A stretch of 64,000 nucleotides of DNA from positions 259,174 to 323,173 of the forward strand of contig CAWIDI010000003.1 of the NCBI GenBank assembly GCA_963834915.1, given 5' to 3'. The notes under the pieces are model-generated. The model searched no databases. It was given only the letters and a program-made list of their open reading frames with translations, and was not told the DNA's origin. Each line of letters starts with the position of its first letter. Position 1 is the stretch's first letter. Made by a program: the position numbers and the translations under genes. Origin of the DNA: an uncultured Chloroflexia bacterium. Its GTDB lineage: Bacteria > Chloroflexota > Limnocylindria > Limnocylindrales > CSP1-4. Positions 10,004 to 19,636 of this stretch are shown here, piece by piece.

Positions 10004-11203
10004 ATGATCCGGACGACCCCGTTCCACGAGCGCACGGCGGCGCTCAACGAGACCCAGCTCTGGAGCCACTGGTCGGGCACCCTGGCGGCGGACCGCTACC
10101 AGATGTCCGACAAGTTCGAGTACTTCGCGGTCCGCAATGCGGCCGGGATCTTCGACTCCAGCCCGCTCTACAAGTACCGCATCGCCGGCAAGGACGCCGA
10201 GGCGTTCCTCGCCGGGGTCCTCGCCCGCGACATCCGGGCGTGCCCGCCCGGCCAGGCGCAGTACACCTGCTGGCTCGACGACGGCGGCTTCGTCATCGAG
10301 GACGGGGTCATCCTCCATACGAAGAAGGACGAGTACCTCCTCACCTCGGCCGAGCCCAACTTCGCGTACTTCGCGGACCGCATCGGCCGGATGGCGGTCA
10401 CGATCGAGGAGGTCAGCGAGGGGATCGGCACGCTGGCGCTGCAGGGCCCGCGCTCGCGCGACCTGCTCGCCCGCCTCGTCCCGCAGATGCGCGACATCCC
10501 CTACTTCGGGGTGACGACCGGCGAGATCGGCGGCGCGGCGGTGACCGTGAGCCGTACCGGCTACAGCGGCGACCTGGGCTACGAGATCTGGATCGAGCAG
10601 CCCGACGCGCTGCACGTCTGGGACACGCTCTGGGACAGCGTCGACGGCCACGGCGTCCTGCCGTTCGGGCTCGCCGCGCTCTACATGCTGCGCATCGAAG
10701 CCGGGCTGCTGCTCCTGGACGCCGACTTCGACTCCAGCCGGTTCGCCTGGAACGACGCGCACAAGTCGACCCCGATCGAGCTCGGCTGGGCGTGGATGTT
10801 CAAGGACCTCGCGGCCGACGACCGCGCCTTCATCGGCCGCAAGGCCCTCGAGCACGAGATCGCGAACAAGACGTCGCGCTGGGCGATGCGCGGGCTCGTC
10901 GTCGACTGGCGGGACTACGATCGCGTCTATAACGACGCCGGGCTGATCCCGCCCAAGGACCACAGCCCGATCGTCGAGGACTGGATGTGCTACGACGATG
11001 ACTACGAGCGCGTCGGCTACGCGACGAGCTTCATGTACTCGCCGATGCTCCAGCGCCACATCGCGATCGCCCGGGTCAAGCCGGAGTTCGCGAAGCTCGG
11101 CACCAAGGTGAACCTCGAGTTCACCGTCGACCACCACTACGAGCAGGTCGCCGCGCACGTCGCCCGGCTGCCGCTCTACAACCCAGAGCGAAAGACGGCC
11201 TGA
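10004..11203 (+). CDS. Aminomethyltransferase (GcvT family)
   Basis: RTTPFH, AVRNAAGIFDSS, LALQGP, SRTGYSGDLGYE and LRIEAG motifs. Confidence 0.88.
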   Translation: MIRTTPFHERTAALNETQLWSHWSGTLAADRYQMSDKFEYFAVRNAAGIFDSSPLYKYRIAGKDAEAFLAGVLARDIRACPPGQAQYTCWLDDGGFVIEDGVILHTKKDEYLLTSAEPNFAYFADRIGRMAVTIEEVSEGIGTLALQGPRSRDLLARLVPQMRDIPYFGVTTGEIGGAAVTVSRTGYSGDLGYEIWIEQPDALHVWDTLWDSVDGHGVLPFGLAALYMLRIEAGLLLLDADFDSSRFAWNDAHKSTPIELGWAWMFKDLAADDRAFIGRKALEHEIANKTSRWAMRGLVVDWRDYDRVYNDAGLIPPKDHSPIVEDWMCYDDDYERVGYATSFMYSPMLQRHIAIARVKPEFAKLGTKVNLEFTVDHHYEQVAAHVARLPLYNPERKTA

Positions 11204-11204
11204 C

Positions 11205-12896
11205 ATGACGATGACTGCGAGCAAGAAGGCGGCCGCGAAGCCGTCCGCCAAGCCGGCCAAGCCGACCTCCACGAAGTCGACCCGCTCGACCTCGAAGGCC
11301 GACCGGACCTACGACGCGATCGTGGTCGGCGGCGGCCACAACGGCCTGGTCAATGGCGCCTACCTGGCCAAGTCCGGCCTGAAGACCCTGATCATCGAGC
11401 GCCGCCACCTGGTCGGCGGCGCCGCGATCACCGAGGAGCTCCGCCCGGGCTTCTGGTTCACCACGTTCTCGTATGCCCTGAGCCTGCTGCGGCCGGACAT
11501 CATCCAGGACCTGGAGCTGACCAAGCACGGCTTCATGCCGCTGCTGATGTCGACGACCTTCGCCCCCGACGGCGAGGGCGACTACCTGCTGTTCACCCAG
11601 GACCACGGGCAGAACCAGAAGGAGATCGCGCGGCACTCCAAGCACGACGCCGACGCGTACGACCAGTACAGCCACGACATGGAGATGGTCTGCCAGGCCA
11701 TCAAGCCGCTGCTTGACATGGTCCCGCCCGACATCTTCAGCGACGACCCCGAGGAGCTGATAGCCCTCGCGTCGCTGGGCTCGCGCTTCAAGAAGCTCGA
11801 CAAGCGCGTGCTCCACAACGCGGTCCGCCTGCTGACCGGCAGCGCGGCCGACTTCCTCGACGACTACTTCGAATCGGACCTGCTCAAGGGCTACCTCGCC
11901 TCGTCGAGCATCATCGGCACCAAGGTCGGGCCGCGCTCGCAAGGCTCCGGTCTCGTGCTGCTCTACCACTCGATCGGCGAGCACGACGGCGAGTTCGGCT
12001 CGTGGGCGTTCCACAAGAAGGGCAACGGCGGCTTCACCCAGGTGCTCAAGCGCGCCGCGGAGGCATTCGGCGCCGAGATCATCCTCGAGTCGCCCGTCGA
12101 TTCGGTCATCACCAAGGACGGCCGGGCGACCGGCGTGGCCCTCGCGGACGGGACCGAGTACTACGCTGACACCGTGGTCAGCGCGCTCGACCCGCGGCGG
12201 ACCTTCCTCGAGCTGGTCAACCCCCGCGAGCTGCCCGACGACCTCGTCGAGAACATCCAGCGGTTCCGCTTCCAGGGCACCTCGTCCAAGGTCAACTTCG
12301 CGCTCGACGGGCTGCCGAAGTACCCGGGCATGGGCGACCGCGGCGACCAGTTCCGCGGCTTCACCAACATCGGCCCGTCGATGGACTACCTGGAGCGCGC
12401 CTTCGACGACGCGAAGTACGGCTGGTACAGCGCGAACCCGTACATCGACATGGCGGTCCAGTCGACGATCGACCCGGACATGGCGCCTCCCGGCAAGCAC
12501 GTCCTGTCGTGCTTCATCCAGTACACGCCATACCACCTGCGCGAGAGCGACTGGGACACCGAGAAGGAGAACCTGGGCGACACGGTCCAGCGGACCCTCG
12601 AGAAGTTCTTCCCGGGCTTTGGCGACCTGGTCCTCCAGCGCGAGGTGGTCACGCCGCTCCACATCGAGCGGACGGTCGGCCTGAGCGAGGGCAACATCTT
12701 CGCCGGGGAGTTCTTCGCCCCGCAGATGTTCTTCTTCCGGCCGGCACCGGGCTGGTCGCAGTACCGGACCCCGATCGACGGCTACTACCAGTGCGGCTCG
12801 GGCACCCACCCGGGCGGCTGCGTGATGGGCGCGCCGGGCAAGCTCGCCGCCGGCCAGATCCTCAAGGACCGGGCCAGGGCGGCGGCGCGGGCCTGA
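11205..12896 (+). CDS. Phytoene dehydrogenase-like (COG1233) FAD-dependent oxidoreductase
   Basis: VVGGGHNGLV...ERRHLVGGA FAD motif, MAPPGKH and YQCGSGTHPGGCV. Starts 1 bp after the upstream stop. Confidence 0.85.
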   Translation: MTMTASKKAAAKPSAKPAKPTSTKSTRSTSKADRTYDAIVVGGGHNGLVNGAYLAKSGLKTLIIERRHLVGGAAITEELRPGFWFTTFSYALSLLRPDIIQDLELTKHGFMPLLMSTTFAPDGEGDYLLFTQDHGQNQKEIARHSKHDADAYDQYSHDMEMVCQAIKPLLDMVPPDIFSDDPEELIALASLGSRFKKLDKRVLHNAVRLLTGSAADFLDDYFESDLLKGYLASSSIIGTKVGPRSQGSGLVLLYHSIGEHDGEFGSWAFHKKGNGGFTQVLKRAAEAFGAEIILESPVDSVITKDGRATGVALADGTEYYADTVVSALDPRRTFLELVNPRELPDDLVENIQRFRFQGTSSKVNFALDGLPKYPGMGDRGDQFRGFTNIGPSMDYLERAFDDAKYGWYSANPYIDMAVQSTIDPDMAPPGKHVLSCFIQYTPYHLRESDWDTEKENLGDTVQRTLEKFFPGFGDLVLQREVVTPLHIERTVGLSEGNIFAGEFFAPQMFFFRPAPGWSQYRTPIDGYYQCGSGTHPGGCVMGAPGKLAAGQILKDRARAAARA

Positions 12897-12924
12897 GGCA
12901 GCCGCCGGCCGGGCCGACATCACC

Positions 12925-13392
12925 GTGCCGACACCCTGGGAGCTGCGCCTCCTCGAGCTGACGACGTCCCTGCGCACCTGGCTGCTGGAGCAGCTGACCG
13001 ACGACGAGCTGGCCTTCGCCGTGCCGGGCAACCCGCCGCTCGGGGAGCTGTGCGTCGCGATCGGCGACACGGAGCGGGCGTATGCCGACGCCTATCGGAC
13101 GCGGCGGCTGACCTGGGTGAAGACCGACGACCCGGGCCTCGCCCGCAGCGTGACCCGGCTGCAGGCCTGGTACGCCGAGCTGGACGCCGACCTGCTCGCG
13201 GCGATCGGGGCCATCCCGGAGGCAGAGTTCGCATCCGGGGTCGTGGTCCGTGGCGACGGCTTCGAGATGCCACTCGGCGGCCACTTCCACACGTACCGCG
13301 AGGCGCTGCTCCTCTTCTACGGCCACGCCGACGTGTACCTGCGGGCGATGGGCAAGCACCGGAGCGAGCACTGGGAGGACTGGATCGGCTGA
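12925..13392 (+). CDS. Hypothetical protein, DinB/YfiT-like helical fold
   Basis: LEQLTDDELAF...PLGEL pattern and terminal GHADVYLRAMG resemble DinB family ends. Confidence 0.55.
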   Translation: MPTPWELRLLELTTSLRTWLLEQLTDDELAFAVPGNPPLGELCVAIGDTERAYADAYRTRRLTWVKTDDPGLARSVTRLQAWYAELDADLLAAIGAIPEAEFASGVVVRGDGFEMPLGGHFHTYREALLLFYGHADVYLRAMGKHRSEHWEDWIG

Positions 13393-13418
13393 GGGCTCGC
13401 GCGGCCCCGAAACGGATC

Positions 13419-13456
13419 GACGGCGGGCTCCCCCCAAGGGAGACCCGCCGTCTTGT
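13419..13456. terminator. Hairpin between convergent genes (likely terminator)
   Basis: GACGGCGGGCTCCC...GGGAGACCCGCCGTC stem followed by TTGT. Confidence 0.55.
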
Positions 13457-13486
13457 GGCTCCGGACCGCCGAGGCCCGGAGAGGGG

Positions 13487-13987
13487 CTAGCTCTTGATCG
13501 GCTCGCCGTCCGCGCCGAGGACCCACCACTTGCCGGGGCCGACGTTCTGGCCGTTGACGTCGCCCGCGGCCTTGTCGTTGGCGAAGGTGTACAGGAAGTA
13601 GTCGCCGTACTTGACCTGGTTGCCCTTGCCATCGGTCCGGGCGACGACCGACAACTTGGACGCGTCGAGGCCCGTGCCGGCCGTGGGTGAGTCGGAGATC
13701 AGCGCCGGCCACGTGGCCAGGCACTTGTCGGCGCAGGTCGGCGCCGCCTGCCCGTCATCCGGCACGAACATGTAGAGCGTCATGCCCTTGCCGTCGACGA
13801 TGATCTTGCCCAGCGACGAGTCGGCGAGGGCGATCGTGGTCCCGGCCGCCGCCGGTGCCGATGCGGAGGCCGCCGGCGGCGCCGCCGATGGCGCCGCGCT
13901 CGGTGCGGTGGTGGCGCCGCTGCTCGAGCAGGCCGCGAGAACGGCGGTCATGCCGATCGCCAGCGCGATGAGTCGATGCTTCTGCAT
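13487..13987 (-). CDS. Lipoprotein with Yx(FWY)xxD repeats (COG4315)
   Basis: Lipobox LAAC; two repeats (GMTLYMFVPD, YFLYTFAND); CADKCLATWP. Confidence 0.85.
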   Translation of the reverse strand: MQKHRLIALAIGMTAVLAACSSSGATTAPSAAPSAAPPAASASAPAAAGTTIALADSSLGKIIVDGKGMTLYMFVPDDGQAAPTCADKCLATWPALISDSPTAGTGLDASKLSVVARTDGKGNQVKYGDYFLYTFANDKAAGDVNGQNVGPGKWWVLGADGEPIKS

Positions 13988-14028
13988 CCCGATGTCTCCT
14001 CCTGGATCGCTTGGTCGTCCCACACCCG

Positions 14029-14056
14029 GTACGCTCGACGGCGCCTGACCGGTTTC
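14029..14056 (-). promoter_or_regulatory. ECF-sigma-type promoter
   Basis: GAAACC-N16-GCGTAC on the minus strand, about 40 nt upstream of the lipoprotein start. Confidence 0.45.
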
Positions 14057-14071
14057 GGACGTGCCCAGGAG

Positions 14072-15760
14072 TCAGTCGAGGATCACCCGCTCGTGCCAGT
14101 GCGGGACGTGCGTGGCATAGCCCAGGTCGCGCACCTTCGGCTCGATCGCGATCTGCGCCTCCGGGTCGCCGTGGACGAGGAAGACCTTGCGCGGGTAGCC
14201 AGGATCGCCGGGCCGTTTCCCGGCACCGAACCCGCGCAGCCAGTCGAGCAGCTCGCCCTCGTCCGCGTGAGCGGAGAAGCCGCTGATCGAGCGGATCTGG
14301 CAGCGGACCGTGCGCGGCTGCCCGTCGATCTTCACCTCGGTCGCCCCGGCCTGCAGGTGCGACCCGAGCGTGCCCTGCCCCTGGTAGCCCACGAAGAGGA
14401 TCGTCGCGGCGGGGTCGTCGATGAGGTTCCGGAGGTGGCCGACGACGCGGCCGCCGGTCAGCATCCCGTTGGAGGCCACGATCATGTACGGACGTGGCGA
14501 CTGGGCGATGGCCTGCGAGGCCTTCACGTCGTTGGTGACGGTCTGGTTCGGGTAGTCGAGCGGGCTGCCGCCCTCCCGCAGCAGCTTCGCGGTCTCCTCG
14601 TCGTAATCGTCGGGGTGATGGCGGTAGACATCGGACGCCTTTGACGCCATCGGCGAATTGAGGAAGAGCGGGAGCAGTGGGATCTCGCCCCGGTCGATGA
14701 GCCGGTCGAGCTCCCACACGATCTCCTGCGTCCGGCCGATCGCGAACGATGGCACCAGCAGCACGCCCTTCGCGTCCGACACCATGCGCACGGTCTCGGC
14801 GAGGATGCGCACCGCCTCCTCGGACGGCTCGTGCTCACGGCCGCCATAGGTCGATTCGACGAGGACGTAGTCGGCGCCGGTCTGCGGCGTCGGGTCGCGC
14901 AGGATCGGCGTGCCGGGGCGACCGAGGTCGCCCGAGCAGACGATGATCCGCTCGTCGCCGCCCGGCTTGTCCGTGATGGTCAGGCGGATGATCGCGGAGC
15001 CGAGGATGTGGCCCGCGTCCATGAACAGCGCCTTGACCCCGGGCGCCACCTCGATCTCCTGTCCGTACTCCACGGGCCGGAAGCTCGCCAGCGACCGTTC
15101 GGCGTCGCGCGCCGTGTAGAGGGGCGCATCGAGGTCCACGACGAGGTGCGGCGGCTGGGCGCGGAGGTCCGCCTCGGGGTCGCTCGGCCACGTCGCGGGG
15201 GCGGTGGCGGTCGGGGCGGGGTCGGTCGGGGCGGGGGCAGCGGCGGCGGGGGCAGCGGCGGCGGGCGCCGGCATCGGCTCGATGGTGGTCGCGACGTGCT
15301 CGCCGGTGGCCGCATTGCCGATCACGCCGTCCTCGCCGTCCGCCGCCAGGGCGAGCGCCGCCGCATAGCGGTCCTCCTGCTCGCGGTCCTCCGCCGCGGC
15401 TTTGTCGGGATGGCGCTTCTCCCAGCGGTCGCCGCGCTTCGCGAACTCCTCGTGGAGCTTGCCGGAGTCGAGCAGGACCAGGGTCGCCAGCTCGATCGTG
15501 CCCGAGGTCGCGTGGATCGGGCCGCGGTAGCCGGCCTTGACCAGGTTGGGGAGCAGCCCGCAGTGATCGAGGTGGGCGTGGGTCAGGAGGACCGCATCGA
15601 GCGTGGCGGGGTCGAAGTCGAACGGGATCCGGTTGCGGATCGACTCGTTGGGGCTTCCCTGGAACATGCCGCAATCGATGAGGACCCGGGCTTGCTCGGT
15701 GACCAGCAGGTGCTGCGACCCGGTGACGGTCGTCGCGCCGCCCAGGAAGTGGATCTCCAT
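14072..15760 (-). CDS. MBL-fold beta-CASP metallo-hydrolase (RNA-processing, COG1236)
   Basis: FLGGATTVTGS, DCGMFQG, THAHLDH, AGHILGS, ESTYG, FSAHAD and LVHGD motifs. Confidence 0.9.
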   Translation of the reverse strand: MEIHFLGGATTVTGSQHLLVTEQARVLIDCGMFQGSPNESIRNRIPFDFDPATLDAVLLTHAHLDHCGLLPNLVKAGYRGPIHATSGTIELATLVLLDSGKLHEEFAKRGDRWEKRHPDKAAAEDREQEDRYAAALALAADGEDGVIGNAATGEHVATTIEPMPAPAAAAPAAAAPAPTDPAPTATAPATWPSDPEADLRAQPPHLVVDLDAPLYTARDAERSLASFRPVEYGQEIEVAPGVKALFMDAGHILGSAIIRLTITDKPGGDERIIVCSGDLGRPGTPILRDPTPQTGADYVLVESTYGGREHEPSEEAVRILAETVRMVSDAKGVLLVPSFAIGRTQEIVWELDRLIDRGEIPLLPLFLNSPMASKASDVYRHHPDDYDEETAKLLREGGSPLDYPNQTVTNDVKASQAIAQSPRPYMIVASNGMLTGGRVVGHLRNLIDDPAATILFVGYQGQGTLGSHLQAGATEVKIDGQPRTVRCQIRSISGFSAHADEGELLDWLRGFGAGKRPGDPGYPRKVFLVHGDPEAQIAIEPKVRDLGYATHVPHWHERVILD

Positions 15761-15810
15761 CGACGGCATGGTGACAGGGAACCGAGACGGACGCCGACTA
15801 GACTCGGCCG

Positions 15811-16248
15811 ATGCGGCGGATCGCGGTCCTCGGGCCGGTCGTGGCCCTCCTTGTCGGCGCCTGTATCGGGCCGCTCGCAGGCCGTGGGCCACTCGCGCCG
15901 GACGCCTACGACCTCCACATCGAGAACGGGACGACCCTCCTGGTCGCGATCGTCGTCGACGGCCGTCCTGCCGCCATCGCCGCGGCAGGTCAGGGCCTGA
16001 CCATCGCGAGCGGCGCACTGCCGAGCGGCACCTATGTGCTCGAGGCGACGACGCCGACGGGACGCGTCCTCTCGAAGCACCAGATCCATCTGGACAAGGT
16101 GACGCGGAGGGAGGCGGACGGGGTGACCACCGAGAGCGGTGACGGCTTCCGCGTCGACCTCAGTTGTGGCCGCCTCGACGTGTGGGTCGGCGTGCCGATG
16201 CTTGGCCCCGCGCCTGGTCCAGGCACGCCCGGTGACTGTGCTCCCTGA
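15811..16248 (+). CDS. Hypothetical lipoprotein
   Basis: Signal peptide with lipobox VGAC; beta-rich; C-terminal LSCG...GDCAP. Confidence 0.6.
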   Translation: MRRIAVLGPVVALLVGACIGPLAGRGPLAPDAYDLHIENGTTLLVAIVVDGRPAAIAAAGQGLTIASGALPSGTYVLEATTPTGRVLSKHQIHLDKVTRREADGVTTESGDGFRVDLSCGRLDVWVGVPMLGPAPGPGTPGDCAP

Positions 16249-16282
16249 ACGGTCGGTCGTGCGCCGGAGCTCGGACGGTGTT

Positions 16283-16358
16283 GCCGGATGCCACCCGGGG
16301 TGGCACTAGCCGCCATCGGCCATCCAGCTCTCGCCAGATGCCACCGGGGGTGGCGCTA
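16283..16358. repeat. Two REP-like palindromes, 50-bp period
   Basis: TGCCACCCGGGGTGGCA (16289-16305) and TGCCACCGGGGGTGGCG (16339-16355) share GCCrGA and CTA flanks. Confidence 0.7.
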
Positions 16359-16573
16359 CGGCCCGTTTGGCAGGCTTTCCAGGCGTCCGGCGTGCTGACG
16401 GGCAGCGATCTGCTGGCTACGGCCACGACGGGTGGCGTATGGCAGGAACGCGGGTCCCGGAACGGCCCACGGCGGCCACAGCGCCACGGCGCCACGCCGG
16501 CCACGGCCCGCCACGGACCCGGCGACACGGGCCTGCCGACACGCCTCGGACCCCGAGCAGATACCGTGTCCCC

Positions 16574-17596
16574 ATGAAGAAGATCGGGTTCCTGTCGTTC
16601 GGCCACTGGTCGGACTCGCCCTATTCGCAGGTGCGGTCCGCCTCCGATGCCCTCATCCAGTCGATCGAGCTGGCCGTCGCCGCCGAGGAGCTGGGCGCGG
16701 ATGGCGCGTACTTCCGCGTCCATCATTTCGCCCGCCAGCTCGGGTCGCCGTTCCCGTTGCTCGCCGCGGTCGGGGCGCGGACCAGCCGCATCGAGATCGG
16801 CACCGCCGTCATCGACATGCGCTACGAGAACGCGTTGTACATGGCCGAGGACGCCGGCGCCGCGGACCTGATCGCGGGCGGGCGGCTGCAGCTCGGCATC
16901 AGTCGCGGCTCGCCGGAGCAGGTCATCGACGGGTTCCGCTACTTCGGCTACGTCCCCGAGGAGGGCGAGGATGACGCGGCGATGGCGCGCCGCCGGACCG
17001 AGGCGTTCCTCGACGTCCTGCGTGGCGAGGGCTTCGCGCCGCCGAACCCACGGCCGATGTTCCCGAACCCGCCCGGGCTCCTCCGCGTCGAGCCGTACTC
17101 CCCGGGGTTGCGCGACCGGATCTGGTGGGGCGCCGCGTCGGACGCGACGGCCGTCTGGGCGGCCAAGCTCGGCATGAACCTGCAGAGCTCGACCCTGAAG
17201 TTCGACGAGACCGGCGAGCCGCTGCATATCCAGCAGCGCAAGCAGATCGAGGCCTTTCGGGCGGCGTGGACTGCGGCGGGCCACGAGCGCGAGCCGCGGG
17301 TCTCGGTGAGCCGCAGCATCTTCGCCCTCGTCGACGAGCGCGACCGAGCGTACTTCGGCCACGAGACGAATGACCAGGATTCGATCGGCTACCTCGACGC
17401 GCAGACGCGGGCGATCTTCGGGCGCTCGTATGCCGCCGAACCCGACGTGCTCGTCAAGCAGCTCGCCGAGGACGAGGCGATCCAGGCGGCCGACACGCTC
17501 CTGCTGACGGTCCCGAACCAGCTCGGCGTGGACTACAACGCCCACGCCATCGAGAGCATCCTGAAGTTCGTCGCGCCGGAGCTGGGCTGGCGCTGA
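16574..17596 (+). CDS. LLM class flavin-dependent oxidoreductase
   Basis: MKKIGFLSFGHW, GADGAYFRVHHFA, IEIGTAVIDMRYEN and GRLQLGISRG motifs. Confidence 0.9.
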   Translation: MKKIGFLSFGHWSDSPYSQVRSASDALIQSIELAVAAEELGADGAYFRVHHFARQLGSPFPLLAAVGARTSRIEIGTAVIDMRYENALYMAEDAGAADLIAGGRLQLGISRGSPEQVIDGFRYFGYVPEEGEDDAAMARRRTEAFLDVLRGEGFAPPNPRPMFPNPPGLLRVEPYSPGLRDRIWWGAASDATAVWAAKLGMNLQSSTLKFDETGEPLHIQQRKQIEAFRAAWTAAGHEREPRVSVSRSIFALVDERDRAYFGHETNDQDSIGYLDAQTRAIFGRSYAAEPDVLVKQLAEDEAIQAADTLLLTVPNQLGVDYNAHAIESILKFVAPELGWR

Positions 17597-17682
17597 GCGC
17601 CTGGCGCTGAGCGGTGGCACGCCGGGCGGCTGGCAGGCTGGCCGGCTGGCGAGCGGTGGAGCCGAGCTGCGGGCCGGGCGGC

Positions 17683-19553
17683 CTACAGCGGGATGACCAC
17701 CAGGGCGTCGACGGCGACCGCCAGGAACAGCAGCGACAGGTAGCTGATCGAGTACTTGTAGAGCGCGATCGCGCCGGCCGTCGACGCCTCCTCGGAGGCG
17801 CCGCGGCGCCACAGCTTGTAGGCCTGCCACAGGAAGACGGCCCCGAGGACGACCGCCGCCACGAGGTAGATCGCGCCCATCCGCGCGACCGCGAAGAGGA
17901 TCAGCGAGATCGCGACCATGAGGATCGTGTAGAGGCCGATCTGGCGGGTGGTCTCGGGGATCCCCTTGACGACGGGGAGCATCGGCACGCCGGCCGCCGC
18001 GTAGTCCTTGCGGATGCGTAGCGAGAGCGCCCAGAAATGCGGTGGCGTCCAGTAGAAGACCAGGGCGAAGAGGAGCAGGGCCGGGATGCCGACGCTCCCC
18101 GTGACCGCGGCCCAGCCGATGACCGGCGGGAGGGCGCCGGCGGCACCGCCGATCACGATGTTCTGGGTGGTCGTGCGCTTGAGCATGATGGTGTACACGA
18201 CGACGTAGAACGCGATCGCCAGCAGGGTCAGGAACGCGGCCAGCAGGTTCACGAACCAGGCCATCACGACGAACGAGATCACGCCGAGGGCCAGGCCGAA
18301 GACGACCGCGCGTTCCGGGTCGACCTGATGGGCGGGAAGCGGCCGGCGCCGGGTCCGCATCATCAGCAGGTCGATGTCGCGGTCCAGGTAGCAGTTGATC
18401 GCATTGGCGCTGCCCGCGGCAAGCGTCCCGCCGACCATCGTCCAGACGACGAGGATCCCCCACGAACCCCATGCGATGCCGGGGACCTCACGGGTGGCGA
18501 GCACCATGGCCGGGACCGTGGTGACCAGCAGCAGCTCGATGATCCGCGGCTTGGTCAGGGCGATGTAGGCACGGACGGTGTCACCGGTCGTGCGCGGCGC
18601 GGCGTCCGCCGGACCGTCGTCGAGGTGGCCCTGGCCGCCACCCGGGGCGATCTCCCCGGCGCGCGAACCGACCCGGGCCGTGTAGTAGCTGCTGACGACC
18701 AGCGCCGCCATCAGGGCCCAGATCACCGCGCCGAGCGCGAGATGGAGCGTCTGCGTCCACGCGGCGAGCTTCGTCAGGACCTGCGCGCCGCCGATCAGCA
18801 CCTGGATGACGAAGAGGCCGGCCGCCGTCAGCGCGCGAGCCGGACGATCGCCGGATGGTCGCGCTGGGTCCGCCACGCGAACAGGGCCACGATCCCCACG
18901 ATGATGCCGACCACGACCGCGATCCAGCGGTGCAGGACATGCGCGCTGGTCAGGTCGGTCACCTGCGGGACCAGCGTCCCGCCCATCAGCGGCCAGTCCG
19001 GGAAGACCAGGGCGGACTCGGTGGCGGTGACGTGCGATCCGAAGAGCAGGAGCGCGAAGGTCGCCACGGCCCCGAACGCGGCCAGGATCGTGAACCGCTG
19101 GCTCGCACCGCGGCCGCCGATGCGGGCCGGATAGCCGGCACGGATGGTCACGTAGACGAGCAGCCCGACCAGGCTCATCGCCGCCGCGAGGTGTGCCGTG
19201 ACGGACTCGCCCGAGTTGCCGAGCCGGACGGTCTCGCGGCCGAGCCAGGCCTGGAACCCGACCAGCAGGACGGCCGCGAGCGTCGGCCACAGGATCGACG
19301 GGCGGTCGCGATGGTCGCGGATGGCCAGCACGGCCATGCCCAGGATCTCGAATCCGACGATCACCGCGACGCCGCGATGGACCCATTCGATCCATGCCTT
19401 GGGGTCGTCGAGGGGCGGGATGATCTGGCCGTGACAGAGCGGCCAGTCCGGGCAGCCGAGGCCCGACTCGGTGGCGCGCACGATGACGCCGATCGTGACC
19501 AGCGCAAGCGTGGTCAGCAGGGTCGCCAGGGCGAGGCGTTGGAATCGAGTCAC
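17683..19553 (-). CDS. ctaB: Heme A synthase (CtaA/COX15)-heme O synthase (CtaB/CyoE) fusion, frameshift near 18830
   Basis: N-part has GLGCPDWPLC, EWVHR and HVLHR. C-part has LTKPRII, DRDIDLLMMRTRRRPL and WTPPHFWAL. The last CtaA helices (QVLIGG, HLALG) lie in the CtaB frame. Confidence 0.85.
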
Positions 19554-19636
19554 GAGGTCGCCATTCTATCTCCGCCGGCTCCCGGCCCTCGCCCCGGATA
19601 CGGCAAGGTTGGGCGACCAGCGCTACCCTTCGGTCC

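Noticed and set aside
10004-11203. Canonical glycine cleavage T protein
   Set aside because: No gcvH or gcvP adjacent, and the motifs diverge from GcvT proper.
11205-12896. Carotenoid biosynthesis (crtI)
   Set aside because: No crtB or crtE nearby; the context is GcvT-family genes.
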